Assembly (NCBI GenBank): GCA_016205975.1
Contig: JACQSK010000012.1
Coordinates: 15,210 to 79,209 of the forward strand
Direction: 5' to 3'
Origin: Candidatus Uhrbacteria bacterium
GTDB lineage: Bacteria > Patescibacteriota > Patescibacteriia > UBA9934 > GWF2-40-263
Length of the DNA stretch: 64,000 bases
Shown here: positions 10,252-19,882 of the stretch, one piece after another
Layout of the letters: each line of letters starts with the position of its first letter
How positions within the stretch are numbered: the stretch's first letter is position 1
Translations under genes and position numbers: made by a program
The notes under the pieces: model-generated
Database searches by the model: none
The model's input: the letters and a program-made list of their open reading frames with translations, nothing else
Told to the model about the DNA's origin: nothing

Positions 10252-11001
10252 ATGTCGTTTGTTCCCTATATCGGTGTCACAGGATTCGTGTCGCGCGAGG
10301 AGGTCGATGCCGCTGTGAGCACGCTCGACGCGCTTCCAGCCTGGAGTGACAGACGCCTGATGGTAGGCGTGCTCGTGAACAGCAAGACCTTGCGAGGCGT
10401 ACGCCATGCGCGTCCATTTCGCTATCCGTTGATCGAGCGCGTCGCGGGACTGTTCCATCCGCATCGCCGAGCCGTCAATCTGATCCACTACGCGACCGAC
10501 GACCCGCAGGCGCTCAGCGTCCAGCTTGAGGAACTCGTGTACCGAGGTGGAAAGCATCTCGACGGTTTCCAGCTCAACCAGTGCTGGCCGGATCCCCGCA
10601 CGATTCGTCTCCCCAAAGGTCTGCGCGTCGTGCTCCAGATCGGCAGCCATGCACTTTCGGAGGTGCAGAAGGATCCGGATCTTCTCAGCCAGCGTCTGTC
10701 CGAATATAGCGGCGTCGTCACCGACGTCCTGATCGACGACAGCGGCGGGCGAGGGATCCCGATGGATGCGCGGCTGGCCAACGATTACGTCCGTGCCATC
10801 TTCCTCGAGCACCCGCAGTTGGGGATCGGCGTGGCCGGCGGGCTGTGCGCGCAGAGCCTGCGTTCGCTTCAGGCCCTGGTCAATCGGTTCCCGACGCTCA
10901 GCGTGGATGCCGAGGGCCGTCTGCGTACGCCGGAGGACCACCTCGACCTGGAGGAAATGAGGCGATACATCGTTGTCGCCGACAAGCTGTTCGACCACTA
11001 G
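10252..11001 (+). CDS. TrpF/phosphoribosylanthranilate-isomerase-like TIM-barrel protein
   Basis: FQLN, LIDDSGGRG, GVAGGL, SVDAEGRLR motifs; GGAG SD; isolated from trp genes. Confidence 0.65.
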   Translation: MSFVPYIGVTGFVSREEVDAAVSTLDALPAWSDRRLMVGVLVNSKTLRGVRHARPFRYPLIERVAGLFHPHRRAVNLIHYATDDPQALSVQLEELVYRGGKHLDGFQLNQCWPDPRTIRLPKGLRVVLQIGSHALSEVQKDPDLLSQRLSEYSGVVTDVLIDDSGGRGIPMDARLANDYVRAIFLEHPQLGIGVAGGLCAQSLRSLQALVNRFPTLSVDAEGRLRTPEDHLDLEEMRRYIVVADKLFDH

Positions 11002-11176
11002 TTCTCACGGTTGCTCGCCCCGTCCCAACCGCCAAGTTCGGCCGGGGCTATTTTTTTTTGCGACTAAGTGAATGCTTTTGAGCTTTGAAGCGCGCGGGCT
11101 TGCCCTTGCATGCTTTCACCCAAGGATGAAAAAGTACACGGCCCCGAAGCCGTCACTGTCAACGACCTCATAAAGA

Positions 11177-11322
11177 GTGTCTACACTTTCTTCCGATCGC
11201 AAAAAAATGTAGACGTAGACGTGCTTTTTCGGATGGTTAACGTCCGTCGGTGTATAGCCGTTTGGGCGAACGTTGAAAATAAACGTAGACACTTTTTTGC
11301 GATCGGAAGAAAGTGTAGACAC
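11177..11322. repeat. REPIN/MITE-like element with 30-bp perfect inverted arms (family C)
   Basis: gtgtctacactttcttccgatcgcaaaaaa (11177-11206) and its exact reverse complement (11293-11322). Confidence 0.85.
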
Positions 11323-11393
11323 CGTGTTTCAGATGGTTGTTGTTTGCGCGTCTTTGTATGAGGATGATTGGTACGGTATAGTGGTCACGATCT

Positions 11394-11972
11394 ATGCTCC
11401 ATTTCGTTCAACCAACCACATGGGAGGATGTGTTTCAAGATTGGAAACGGCGGGAGGGAAGTGATCCTGGCTGGATTCATTGTGCGACCATTCTAAAGGG
11501 TTGGCCGGATTGGGAATCGTGGCGGCGCTTTACGGCGGCGCAGGTTCAGGCAGATGAACGCGCGTGGAATCTTTTTGAGTTTACGGATCCGATGCGTGAT
11601 ATCCCCATGATGCTCGTGGGTCCGTTCGCGGGCTGGCAGGCGAAGCTCCCCGTACCCAACCGACAGACCTTTGCCGACCTCGTGCGCAGGCCTGAACAAG
11701 CCGTTCCTCTGCACTCCCATGAAAGAGTTGCGGGTATCATGAAGCATTTTCCGCCGTCGACGACGTTCTTCGGACTCAAGCGCGAGGACACCGGAGCAAT
11801 CGTCTGCCTGGAAGGTCATCACCGTGCGACAGCCGTGGCACTCTGCGAGCTCGCCGGGGACGAGATAAACTTTGGCGGTCCTGTTCGGGTGGCGCTTGCT
11901 GATCTCGGCGTTGACGAGGTGGGGCTTCTTGATCAGGTTCTTGCGCGTGGAACGACCAGAGCCGTCAAATGA
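11394..11972 (+). CDS. Hypothetical protein with ParB/sulfiredoxin-like motif
   Basis: 192-aa ORF; IVCLEGHHRATA resembles the ParB-fold DGHHR motif. Confidence 0.6.
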   Translation: MLHFVQPTTWEDVFQDWKRREGSDPGWIHCATILKGWPDWESWRRFTAAQVQADERAWNLFEFTDPMRDIPMMLVGPFAGWQAKLPVPNRQTFADLVRRPEQAVPLHSHERVAGIMKHFPPSTTFFGLKREDTGAIVCLEGHHRATAVALCELAGDEINFGGPVRVALADLGVDEVGLLDQVLARGTTRAVK

Positions 11973-12007
11973 ACGACCTGTGTTATACTATAGTCACCAA
12001 GGAGGAT

Positions 12008-12568
12008 ATGCTACAGACTGCCATCTTCGATCAGGAGGCTGCACAACAAGCGCTCGCGAGCATCAACTGGCTCAATCCAACCTGGGATCTTTTTATCCTG
12101 ATATTTTTTGTCGTCGCCTCGCTTATCTATGGTATTTCCCTTGGCCGCGACCGTATCATCGTGATCTTGGTCTCGATCTACATGTCGCTCGCGATTGTCA
12201 ACTACATTCCGTTCGTCGCCGAGTTTAACGCGAGGATTTCCGTGAACGACGCCTTCGCCTTGCGCGTGACCGTGTTCCTTGGCGTGTTCATCCTGTTGTT
12301 CTTTTTTCTCTCCCATTCGGCGCTCATGCGCACACTGGGCCATGGCGCAACGCAGGGGAAGTTTTGGCAGGTGATGGTTTTTTCGTTCTTGCATGTGGGA
12401 TTGCTCATCAGCGTGACACTTTCGTTTTTTCCGTCTGACCTCGCCGGCATCCTCTCGCCGTTCACGCGCGCGTTTTTCCTGAGCAACATCGCGCGTGCCA
12501 TGTGGGTCCTTCTGCCCGTGCTGGCGATGGCCTTGCTGGGAAGGAAGGAAGACCTTCCGCGCTTTTGA
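12008..12568 (+). CDS. Multi-pass membrane protein (CvpA-like)
   Basis: About 5 hydrophobic helices; DLFILIFF...YGISLGR opening. Confidence 0.7.
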   Translation: MLQTAIFDQEAAQQALASINWLNPTWDLFILIFFVVASLIYGISLGRDRIIVILVSIYMSLAIVNYIPFVAEFNARISVNDAFALRVTVFLGVFILLFFFLSHSALMRTLGHGATQGKFWQVMVFSFLHVGLLISVTLSFFPSDLAGILSPFTRAFFLSNIARAMWVLLPVLAMALLGRKEDLPRF

Positions 12569-12637
12569 AATAGACCTCCCAAACGGGTGCAGAGCCCGCT
12601 TTTATTTTTGGAAAGGAGACGCTATACTGTCGTCGAT

Positions 12638-14026
12638 ATGATTCGTCTCTACAACACGCTCACGCGGCAGGAGGAGGAGTTTCGTCCGTTGCATGAAGGC
12701 AAGGTGAGCCTGTATACCTGCGGCCCGACCGTGTATTGGTTTGCGCATATCGGAAACATGCGTGCCTTCCTTTTTGCCGACATCCTGCGGCGGACGCTTG
12801 AGGTAAACGGCTATGAGGTGAAGATGGTCATGAACATCACCGACGTCGGCCACCTGACGAGCGACATGGACGAAGGGGAGGACAAGATGATCGTCGCGAT
12901 GCAGCGCGAGGGCAAGACCGCGCGTGAGATCGCGCAGGTTTACACGGACGCGTTTTTGGCGGACGTGGATCGCTTGAATATCAAGCGCGCCAACCTTTAT
13001 CCCAAGGCTACCGAGCATATTCCCGAACAGATCGAAATGATTCAGTCGCTGGAAAAAAACGGCTTCACGTATCGCACCTCCGACGGCATCTATTTTGATA
13101 CGTCCAAACTCGATAGCTATGGCCGGCTCTCGGGACAGAAAGGCGAGGAGAAGCTCGCGGGCGCGCGGGTGGGCATGGGGGAGAAGCGGTACGCGACGGA
13201 TTTTGCGCTCTGGAAGTTTTCTCCAGCGCACAGCACGCGGGAGATGCAGTGGAACTCCCCATGGGGCATCGGGTTCCCGGGCTGGCACATTGAGTGCTCG
13301 GCGATGTCCATGAAGTATCTCGATGTCCCATTCGACATCCACACCGGCGGCGTGGATCACATCGCGGTGCATCATGAAAATGAAATCGCGCAGACGCAAG
13401 GCGCCGAGGGCGTGCTGGAAGCCAACCTCTGGATGCACAGCGAGTTTCTGACGGTCGACCAGGGCAAGATGAGTAAGTCACTGGGGAACCTGTACACCGT
13501 CGCCGATCTGATCGAGAGAGGCTATGACCCGCTTGCGTATCGCTATCTCGTCCTTGGCGCGCACTATCGGTCCAAGCTGAACTTCACCTTCGAGGCGCTC
13601 GACGCGGCGCACAACGCGCTCACAAAACTGCGGGAGACGATTCGTGATTGGGACGAGCCGGACATCGGCTGCGCGGAGCTAGAGGAAAAATTTTTCGCGT
13701 CTCTGAATGATGATCTGAACACACCCCAAGCGCTCGCGGTGCTCTGGGAGCTCGTGAACGCGGATCTTCCCACCGGGGCAAAGGCCGAGTCCCTGCTCAA
13801 GATGGATCGGGTTCTCGGTTTGCGATTGAAGACGGTGCTTGGGCAGGCGTTGGATGTTCCACAGGACGTTCAGCGGCTCGTGGACGAGCGTGAGACAGCC
13901 CGCGGGAACAAAGACTGGAAACGCTCCGACGAGCTGCGCGTGGCCGTGGAAGCCCTCGGGTATCTTGTGGAAGACACGGCACAAGGGCCGCACATCAAAA
14001 AACATTCGCCGACTGTGGTAAAATAA
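12638..14026 (+). CDS. cysS: Cysteine--tRNA ligase
   Basis: CGPTVY, HIGN, PGWHIECSAM, KMSKS. Confidence 0.98.
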   Translation: MIRLYNTLTRQEEEFRPLHEGKVSLYTCGPTVYWFAHIGNMRAFLFADILRRTLEVNGYEVKMVMNITDVGHLTSDMDEGEDKMIVAMQREGKTAREIAQVYTDAFLADVDRLNIKRANLYPKATEHIPEQIEMIQSLEKNGFTYRTSDGIYFDTSKLDSYGRLSGQKGEEKLAGARVGMGEKRYATDFALWKFSPAHSTREMQWNSPWGIGFPGWHIECSAMSMKYLDVPFDIHTGGVDHIAVHHENEIAQTQGAEGVLEANLWMHSEFLTVDQGKMSKSLGNLYTVADLIERGYDPLAYRYLVLGAHYRSKLNFTFEALDAAHNALTKLRETIRDWDEPDIGCAELEEKFFASLNDDLNTPQALAVLWELVNADLPTGAKAESLLKMDRVLGLRLKTVLGQALDVPQDVQRLVDERETARGNKDWKRSDELRVAVEALGYLVEDTAQGPHIKKHSPTVVK

Positions 14027-14031
14027 ACGTC

Positions 14032-14565
14032 ATGACAACCAATGGACAGAAAAAGGAACTGACACCCGTAGCGCCGGCCGAGTCGCCGGTTCATCTTGGG
14101 GCAACCCACGAGCACCCAGCCGTTCAGGAAGTCGGTAAGACAAAGGAAACGCGGGAAGCGGCGCACGCCGACGCGCGCGCGGCAGAGCCGAAACCCCCGG
14201 AGCCCGTAGCGCCCATCGTGCCTCCCGTGGCTGTGCAGGCGCCCGCGACCGTGCAAGAAGATCATCTCGTCCGCAAGATCGAAGACATCCTCGCGGAGGA
14301 CTTGACCGATGTGTATCTCTCTTTGCCGCTTGACGCGCAGGTGGCGTTTAAGTCTAAGGGCGAGCAGACCGCTTCGAAGATTCACGCGCTCGTGCAAGCC
14401 GCCAAAGTGAACGCCAAGAAAATTTTTTTCCTCATCCGCGACTGGCTGAAAGTCCTCCCAGGCATGAACCGTTTTTTTCTGGAGCAGGAGGCGAAAATCA
14501 AAACAGACAAAATCCTCCTCGTCAGCGAAATGGAGCGACAGGAGCGAAAACAAAATGACCTGTGA
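14032..14565 (+). CDS. Hypothetical protein (Pro/Ala-rich N-terminus, helical C-terminal domain)
   Basis: In operon; stop overlaps next start; FLEQEAKIKTDKI C-terminal block. Confidence 0.75.
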   Translation: MTTNGQKKELTPVAPAESPVHLGATHEHPAVQEVGKTKETREAAHADARAAEPKPPEPVAPIVPPVAVQAPATVQEDHLVRKIEDILAEDLTDVYLSLPLDAQVAFKSKGEQTASKIHALVQAAKVNAKKIFFLIRDWLKVLPGMNRFFLEQEAKIKTDKILLVSEMERQERKQNDL

Positions 14566-17108
14566 CGAGCGTATTTCAATTCGGCCTTGAGACAACCCCT
14601 GAGCCTGTGCGAACGGTGGCACAGGGGGATTTGTATATCTCTGGATTGATTTTGTGGTTTCTGGCCGGCCTGGCCGCGGTGATCGGCCTCTTGTTCGTCC
14701 TGCGCTTTACGCTCCGGCGCCTGGCGCGCGCGAGGCATGCCACTTTTGATCGTGTGACACTTCTGGTGACGCTGCCGAAGTTCCGCCACGAGGAAGAAAG
14801 CGAACGCGCCTCCACCAAGGATCAAGTTAAGGAAGCCATCGCCGCCGCGGAAATTTTTTTCTCTGCGCTGGGCGGACGCAAGGCCGAGTGGGGATTGCGC
14901 CCATGGCTCTTGGGACGCAAAGACGAGATCGCCTTTGAGATCGTCTCGCACAAAAAGCTGATCAAGTTTTACGTCTCGGTTCCTGTCTCCATGCGCCAGA
15001 TGATCGAGCAGCAGCTCTCCGCCGCTTACCCCGATGTCTATATGGAGGAAGTCGAGGACTACAACATCTTCCAGCCCGCGGGGGTCATTGTCGGCAGCTA
15101 TCTCGCCTTCCGCAGGCAGAATGCATTCCCCGTGAAGACGTATGTCAATCTCGAAAAGGATCCCCTGAACGCCCTCACGAATATTCTTTCCAAGATTCCG
15201 GACAAGGACGGAGCCGCATTTCAATTTCTCGTGCGGTCGTCGTATGCCTCTTGGCGCAAGAATGGTATCCAGATCGCCTCCAACATGCAGCAGGGCATGA
15301 AGCTCGCAGACGCGATCAAGGGCCGGAAGAAAAAAAAGACGGACCTGCTGGAGCTGGCGGGTTTCGGCGGGGAAGCGTCCAAAGAGCCGGAGAAAGACTA
15401 CCGGCTTTCCCCGCAGGAAGAAGAGATCGTGAAGGGGCTCGAGGGAAAAGCGAGCAAGGCAGGCATGGACGTGTGCATCCGTTTGGTGAGCTCCAGCGCG
15501 TCGGCCGCCTCGGCACAAACCTTGATGCAGAACATGCTGAACGCATTCGCGCAGTACAACATTTACGAGTACGGAAACTCGTTCGTCAAAGTCGTCCCGC
15601 GCCGGAAGAAACGCCTGATCCGAAATTTTATCTATCGCGTGTTCGATGAACACAACACCGTCGTTTTGAATGCCGAGGAGATGGCGAGCCTCTGGCACCT
15701 GCCCACGCCTTGGACCGAGACGCCCAACATCCAGTGGCTCTTGGCGCGCAAGGGACCGGCGCCGGCCAACGTCCCAGGGTCCGACGAGGGCGACCTGGAG
15801 CTCGGGTACAATATGTTCCGTGGGATCAAGACGCCGGTGTGGATGAAGGCGATCGACCGGACGCGGCACATGTATGTCATCGGTAAATCCGGCTCGGGTA
15901 AGTCCCAGCTGATTGCGAGCCTCGCCCTGCAGGATATTCGGGCCGGCCACGGAGTCGCGGTCGTGGAACCGCACGGCGATTTGATCGAACAGATTTTGGG
16001 CAACATCCCCAAAGAGCGCGTGGACGACGTGATCGTGTTCAACCCATCCGACCTGGAGCGCCCCATGGGGCTCAACATGCTGGAAGCCAAAGACGAGAGC
16101 ATGAAGGATTTTGCCGCGCAGGAAATGGTCGCTATTTTTTACAAGCTGTTCCCTCCCGAAATGATCGGCCCCATGTTCGAACACCACATGCGCAACGTCA
16201 TGCTCACCTTGATGTCGGACACGGAGAACCCCGGCACCATCGCCGAGATCCCGCGCATGTTCTCGGATGCGGACTTCCAGCAGATCTGGCGCGCCAAGGT
16301 AAAGGATCCGGTCATCCAATCGTATTGGGTCAACGAGGTGGACAAGACGTCCGACTTCCACAAGTCCGAGATGCTCGGCTACTTGATTTCAAAAGTCGGC
16401 CGGTTCGTGGAAAACGAAATGATGCGCAATATCATCGGCCAGACGCGCTCGAGCTTCGATTTCCGCGAGGTCATGGATAAGAAAAAAATCCTGCTCGTGA
16501 ATCTCTCTAAAGGAAAAACAGGCGATGTGAACGCGGAGCTCTTGGGTCTCATCATCGTCTCCAAGCTCCAGATGGCCGCGCTCACGCGCGCGGATATTCC
16601 GGAAGATCAGCGCCACGACTTCTACCTGTACATCGACGAGTTTCAGAACTTCATCACGGATTCAATCGCGACCATTCTCTCGGAGGCGCGCAAGTACCGC
16701 TTGAATCTCATTATCGCCCACCAGTACATCGGCCAGCTCGTGAAGAACAACGACACGAAAATCCGCGATGCCGTGTTCGGCAACGTGGGCACAAACTTCG
16801 TGGCGCGCATCGGGCCAGAGGACGTCGAGACGCTCGAAAAGATTTACGCGCCGGAGTTCACCGGCTACGACATGATCAACTCCGACAAGTTCACCTGGTA
16901 CGTGAAGATGATCGTAGACAATGCGCAGATCAAACCGTTCACGCTCAACTTCACGCCGCCGCCCAAGGGAGACGTGGAGCTCGCCTCCGCCATCAAAGAG
17001 CTGTCGCGCCTCAAGTACGGACGCGACCGCGCGATGGTCGTTGCCGACATAACGGAACGGATGCAGATGGGAAGTTTGGGCGCGCCGGCAAAGACAGGAG
17101 AGTTTTAA
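14562..17108 (+). CDS. VirD4/TraG/TraD-like (HerA/FtsK superfamily) membrane ATPase
   Basis: N-terminal TM helix, RHMYVIGKSGSGKS Walker A, YIDEFQNF Walker B, SEARKY, AHQY. Confidence 0.88.
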   Translation: MTSVFQFGLETTPEPVRTVAQGDLYISGLILWFLAGLAAVIGLLFVLRFTLRRLARARHATFDRVTLLVTLPKFRHEEESERASTKDQVKEAIAAAEIFFSALGGRKAEWGLRPWLLGRKDEIAFEIVSHKKLIKFYVSVPVSMRQMIEQQLSAAYPDVYMEEVEDYNIFQPAGVIVGSYLAFRRQNAFPVKTYVNLEKDPLNALTNILSKIPDKDGAAFQFLVRSSYASWRKNGIQIASNMQQGMKLADAIKGRKKKKTDLLELAGFGGEASKEPEKDYRLSPQEEEIVKGLEGKASKAGMDVCIRLVSSSASAASAQTLMQNMLNAFAQYNIYEYGNSFVKVVPRRKKRLIRNFIYRVFDEHNTVVLNAEEMASLWHLPTPWTETPNIQWLLARKGPAPANVPGSDEGDLELGYNMFRGIKTPVWMKAIDRTRHMYVIGKSGSGKSQLIASLALQDIRAGHGVAVVEPHGDLIEQILGNIPKERVDDVIVFNPSDLERPMGLNMLEAKDESMKDFAAQEMVAIFYKLFPPEMIGPMFEHHMRNVMLTLMSDTENPGTIAEIPRMFSDADFQQIWRAKVKDPVIQSYWVNEVDKTSDFHKSEMLGYLISKVGRFVENEMMRNIIGQTRSSFDFREVMDKKKILLVNLSKGKTGDVNAELLGLIIVSKLQMAALTRADIPEDQRHDFYLYIDEFQNFITDSIATILSEARKYRLNLIIAHQYIGQLVKNNDTKIRDAVFGNVGTNFVARIGPEDVETLEKIYAPEFTGYDMINSDKFTWYVKMIVDNAQIKPFTLNFTPPPKGDVELASAIKELSRLKYGRDRAMVVADITERMQMGSLGAPAKTGEF

Positions 17109-17755
17109 TGAGTCAACCTATGGCCGCTTATTCTGATGAAGAACAAACAGACGAGATCTTCGAGATCGAGCCGGACGCGGATCTCCATGCCAATACCCTT
17201 GAGCATGGCGACGTGCGCGGACGTTTGGCGTTGCAGATGTTGAAACAGGTTCGTGACAGCCTGAATCATGTCATCCAACTGATGGAAGAGGGCGATGCGG
17301 CGCGCGCCACGCGCATGCTGGTGCATTTTGTTTCGCACAAGAAGCGCGCGGAAGCAGAGCTTGAGGAGACGTCGGGCTCGCGCATCTTGGAAGGCGTGTT
17401 CGACGGTCAGGGCATGGTGGGAGCCGATGGCGTGCGCTATGCCGTGCCGGAGAACTATGCCTCCAAGTCCAAGCTCGTGGAAGGAGATATCCTCAAGCTC
17501 ATCATCAAGCCCGACGGCGCGAGCGTGTTCAAGCAGATCGGTCCCATTGAGCGACGCCGCCTCGCGGGCCAGCTGACCATGGATCCGTCCACACAGGAAC
17601 CGGTTGTCGTGTGTGGGGAGGACGTGTATAAAGTCCTCGCGGCGAGCGTTTCTTATTTTAAGGGAATCCCCGGCGACGAGGTTGCCATTCTTGTTCCCGC
17701 AGGCGGCCGGTGCGCCTGGGCAGCCGTTGAGCGCATCAGCCATCAACACGTATGA
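17108..17755 (+). CDS. Conserved hypothetical protein
   Basis: EGVFDGQGM...YAVPENYASKSKLVEGD block; coupled to genes on both sides. Confidence 0.75.
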   Translation: MSQPMAAYSDEEQTDEIFEIEPDADLHANTLEHGDVRGRLALQMLKQVRDSLNHVIQLMEEGDAARATRMLVHFVSHKKRAEAELEETSGSRILEGVFDGQGMVGADGVRYAVPENYASKSKLVEGDILKLIIKPDGASVFKQIGPIERRRLAGQLTMDPSTQEPVVVCGEDVYKVLAASVSYFKGIPGDEVAILVPAGGRCAWAAVERISHQHV

Positions 17756-19293
17756 AGGCCCTCTACCGCCTTTACCGGCCGACCACCTTTGAAGACGTCA
17801 GTGGACAACGCCACGTGGTGCAGACACTGCAAAATCAATTCGTCGCCGAGTCTCTCGCGCACGCGTATTTGTTTACCGGTCCCCGCGGCGTCGGCAAGAC
17901 GACGATCGCGCGTCTGCTGGCCAAACTCGTCAATTGTTTGCATCCAAAAAAAAACGAACCGTGCAACGCGTGCGCCGCGTGCGAGCAGATTGCGCAGGGC
18001 CATGCCCTGGACGTCTGCGAGATCGACGCAGCCTCGCACACGGACGTGGAGCACGTGCGGGAGAATATCATCCAGGCCGTGCGCTTCGCTCCCAGCTCGC
18101 TCAAAAAAAAGGTCTACATCATTGACGAGGTGCATATGCTTTCCGGCTCGGCGTTTAATGCGCTTCTGAAAACGCTGGAGGAGCCGCCCGAGCATGCGCT
18201 GTTCATCCTCGCGACGACGGAGATTCACAAAGTGCCTGAGACGATCGTGAGCCGCTGCCAGCGATTTGATTTTCGAAAAATCGGTTTGAGCGAGCTCTCC
18301 CAGCGGCTGGAGCGCATCGTGAAGGAGGAAGGCCGTGTGGTCGACCGCGACGTTCTCGCGGCGATCGCCAAGCACAGCGGCGGCTGTGCGCGCGATGCCG
18401 AGAGCCTGCTCGCGATGGTGCTTGCCCTGGGCGAGGCGCGGATCACGATGAAAGAAGCGTCGCTCATCATGCCCGCCACCCAGCAGGTGCTCGTCGAAGA
18501 GTTTGTCGCGCTGTTGAGCGCGGGAAACGCGCCTGGCTCCATTGCCCTCTTGAACACGTCTCTTGAACAGGGGATGGACTTGCACCAATTTCTTGCAGAC
18601 ACCACTTCCTGGCTGCGCGATCGGCTGCTTGCTTCCGTCGCGCACGCGGGCACGGACGATTCGGCGTTTCTCGGCCGCGCGATTGAGGAGCTCCTGAGCG
18701 CCGAACGTCTAATCCGTTCCGAGCACATCCCGCAGCTTCCCGTTGAGCTCGCGATTATCCGCGTGTGCGCGGCGATAGGGGGGAGGCCGACGGATTTTCA
18801 CAAGCAGGAGGTTGATTTGAGCCGGGAGAAGAAGGGCGATGAGGTGGCAACCCCAGGCTTTTCCGTCCCACGAAGCTACAGCGAAGGAGTGAGCCTGGAT
18901 ACGACTGCGGAGAAAAGCGAACAGACTGTACAGGTCGCAGAGGCGGAGGAAGAAAAACCGACCGTCTTCGACACGATTCCTGTCATCAGCATCGACGAGG
19001 TCAAAGAGAAGTGGCCGCAGGTGTACGAGCAAATCAAGTCGTGCAACGCGTCCTTGCCGCTGTTCATGAATGCGTGCGAGGTGCGTGGGGTGCAAGGCGA
19101 TCATGTGGAGCTGGGGTTTGAGTACGACCTCTATGTGCAGACCGTCAACCAGGAAAAAAATCGCCGTGCGATAGAAGATGTTTTCGAGAAGGTTCTTGGA
19201 AGACGTCTCAGGGTGAAGGCGATTCAGGCCAAGCGCGCCGAGGCAGCCGCGGTTCAGGAGCTCCTGGCAGAGTTTGGCGGGAGCGTGGTTTAG
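17752..19293 (+). CDS. dnaX: DNA polymerase III subunit gamma/tau
   Basis: LYRLYRP, GPRGVGKTT, EIDAAS, IDEVHML, LKTLEEPP, SRCQ. Confidence 0.97.
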   Translation: MKALYRLYRPTTFEDVSGQRHVVQTLQNQFVAESLAHAYLFTGPRGVGKTTIARLLAKLVNCLHPKKNEPCNACAACEQIAQGHALDVCEIDAASHTDVEHVRENIIQAVRFAPSSLKKKVYIIDEVHMLSGSAFNALLKTLEEPPEHALFILATTEIHKVPETIVSRCQRFDFRKIGLSELSQRLERIVKEEGRVVDRDVLAAIAKHSGGCARDAESLLAMVLALGEARITMKEASLIMPATQQVLVEEFVALLSAGNAPGSIALLNTSLEQGMDLHQFLADTTSWLRDRLLASVAHAGTDDSAFLGRAIEELLSAERLIRSEHIPQLPVELAIIRVCAAIGGRPTDFHKQEVDLSREKKGDEVATPGFSVPRSYSEGVSLDTTAEKSEQTVQVAEAEEEKPTVFDTIPVISIDEVKEKWPQVYEQIKSCNASLPLFMNACEVRGVQGDHVELGFEYDLYVQTVNQEKNRRAIEDVFEKVLGRRLRVKAIQAKRAEAAAVQELLAEFGGSVV

Positions 19294-19357
19294 AGAGATG
19301 TCGGTGGCATGGCTCCACAACCAAAGAAAACGTCCGGCTGACGCCAGACGTTTTCTT

Positions 19358-19431
19358 TGGTTCCCGAGCAGGGATTCGAACCCCGATTAGCTGGTTCAGA
19401 GCCAGCTGTCCTGCCCTTAGACGACTCGGGA
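19358..19431 (-). tRNA. tRNA-Gln(CTG)
   Basis: Acceptor stem TCCCGAG/CTCGGGA, anticodon arm gctgg-CTCTGAA-ccagc, GGTTCGAATCC T-arm, encoded CCA. Confidence 0.93.
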
Positions 19432-19557
19432 GTAAAAGTCGGTAAAATGGTATCGGATGCGGCCGAGATTGACAAGCGGCTCCGGCTCGTGTATTTTGTG
19501 CGCCTGTGCTCGATTCGGATTCGCTTATGAGTCCCGTCTGAGCCAGAGGAGGATCAG

Positions 19558-19728
19558 ATGCAGTCCTGCCCCGATTCCCGCTGTCGCTTCAAGACCAACA
19601 AGCCCAGCGGGCTCGATCACCACCTCAAGGCGAACCCGCACCACCAGACCGGGTACAATTTCGGGGAGTTCAAGGGCCACAAGAAGACCTCGGGCAAGAA
19701 AGGCGACAAGGCCGTGGCCAAGAAGTAG
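19558..19728 (+). CDS. 56-aa C2H2 zinc-finger-like basic protein (not in the ORF track)
   Basis: GGAGG SD; TTGACA-17-TATTTT promoter (19469-19497); MQSCPDSRCRFKTNKPSGLDHHLKANPHHQTGYNFGEFKGHKKTSGKKGDKAVAKK; hairpin plus T tract downstream. Confidence 0.75.
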   Translation: MQSCPDSRCRFKTNKPSGLDHHLKANPHHQTGYNFGEFKGHKKTSGKKGDKAVAKK

Positions 19729-19882
19729 CCCCATCGTCCACCTGCCCCACGCGCGGGATGAGCAAACGCTCTCCCGCTTTTTTTGACTGCGAGCACGCGC
19801 GAGGACGGAATGCCGAACCATTTTCGTCATTCGGATAAGGGGGACAAAATTTCGTATATACGAAAAAAAGTCCCCTCGACGG

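Noticed and set aside
14382-16361. 659-aa minus-strand ORF
   Set aside because: Antisense shadow of the VirD4-like ATPase.
14562-17108. Conjugative element around the VirD4/TraD-like ATPase
   Set aside because: No relaxase, VirB4 or integrase nearby; embedded in the cysS-dnaX operon, as is common for chromosomal CPR homologues.
17946-18112. dnaX slippage or frameshift at the A9 and A8G runs
   Set aside because: Too early in the gene to yield a functional gamma subunit; A-runs are common in Lys codons here.
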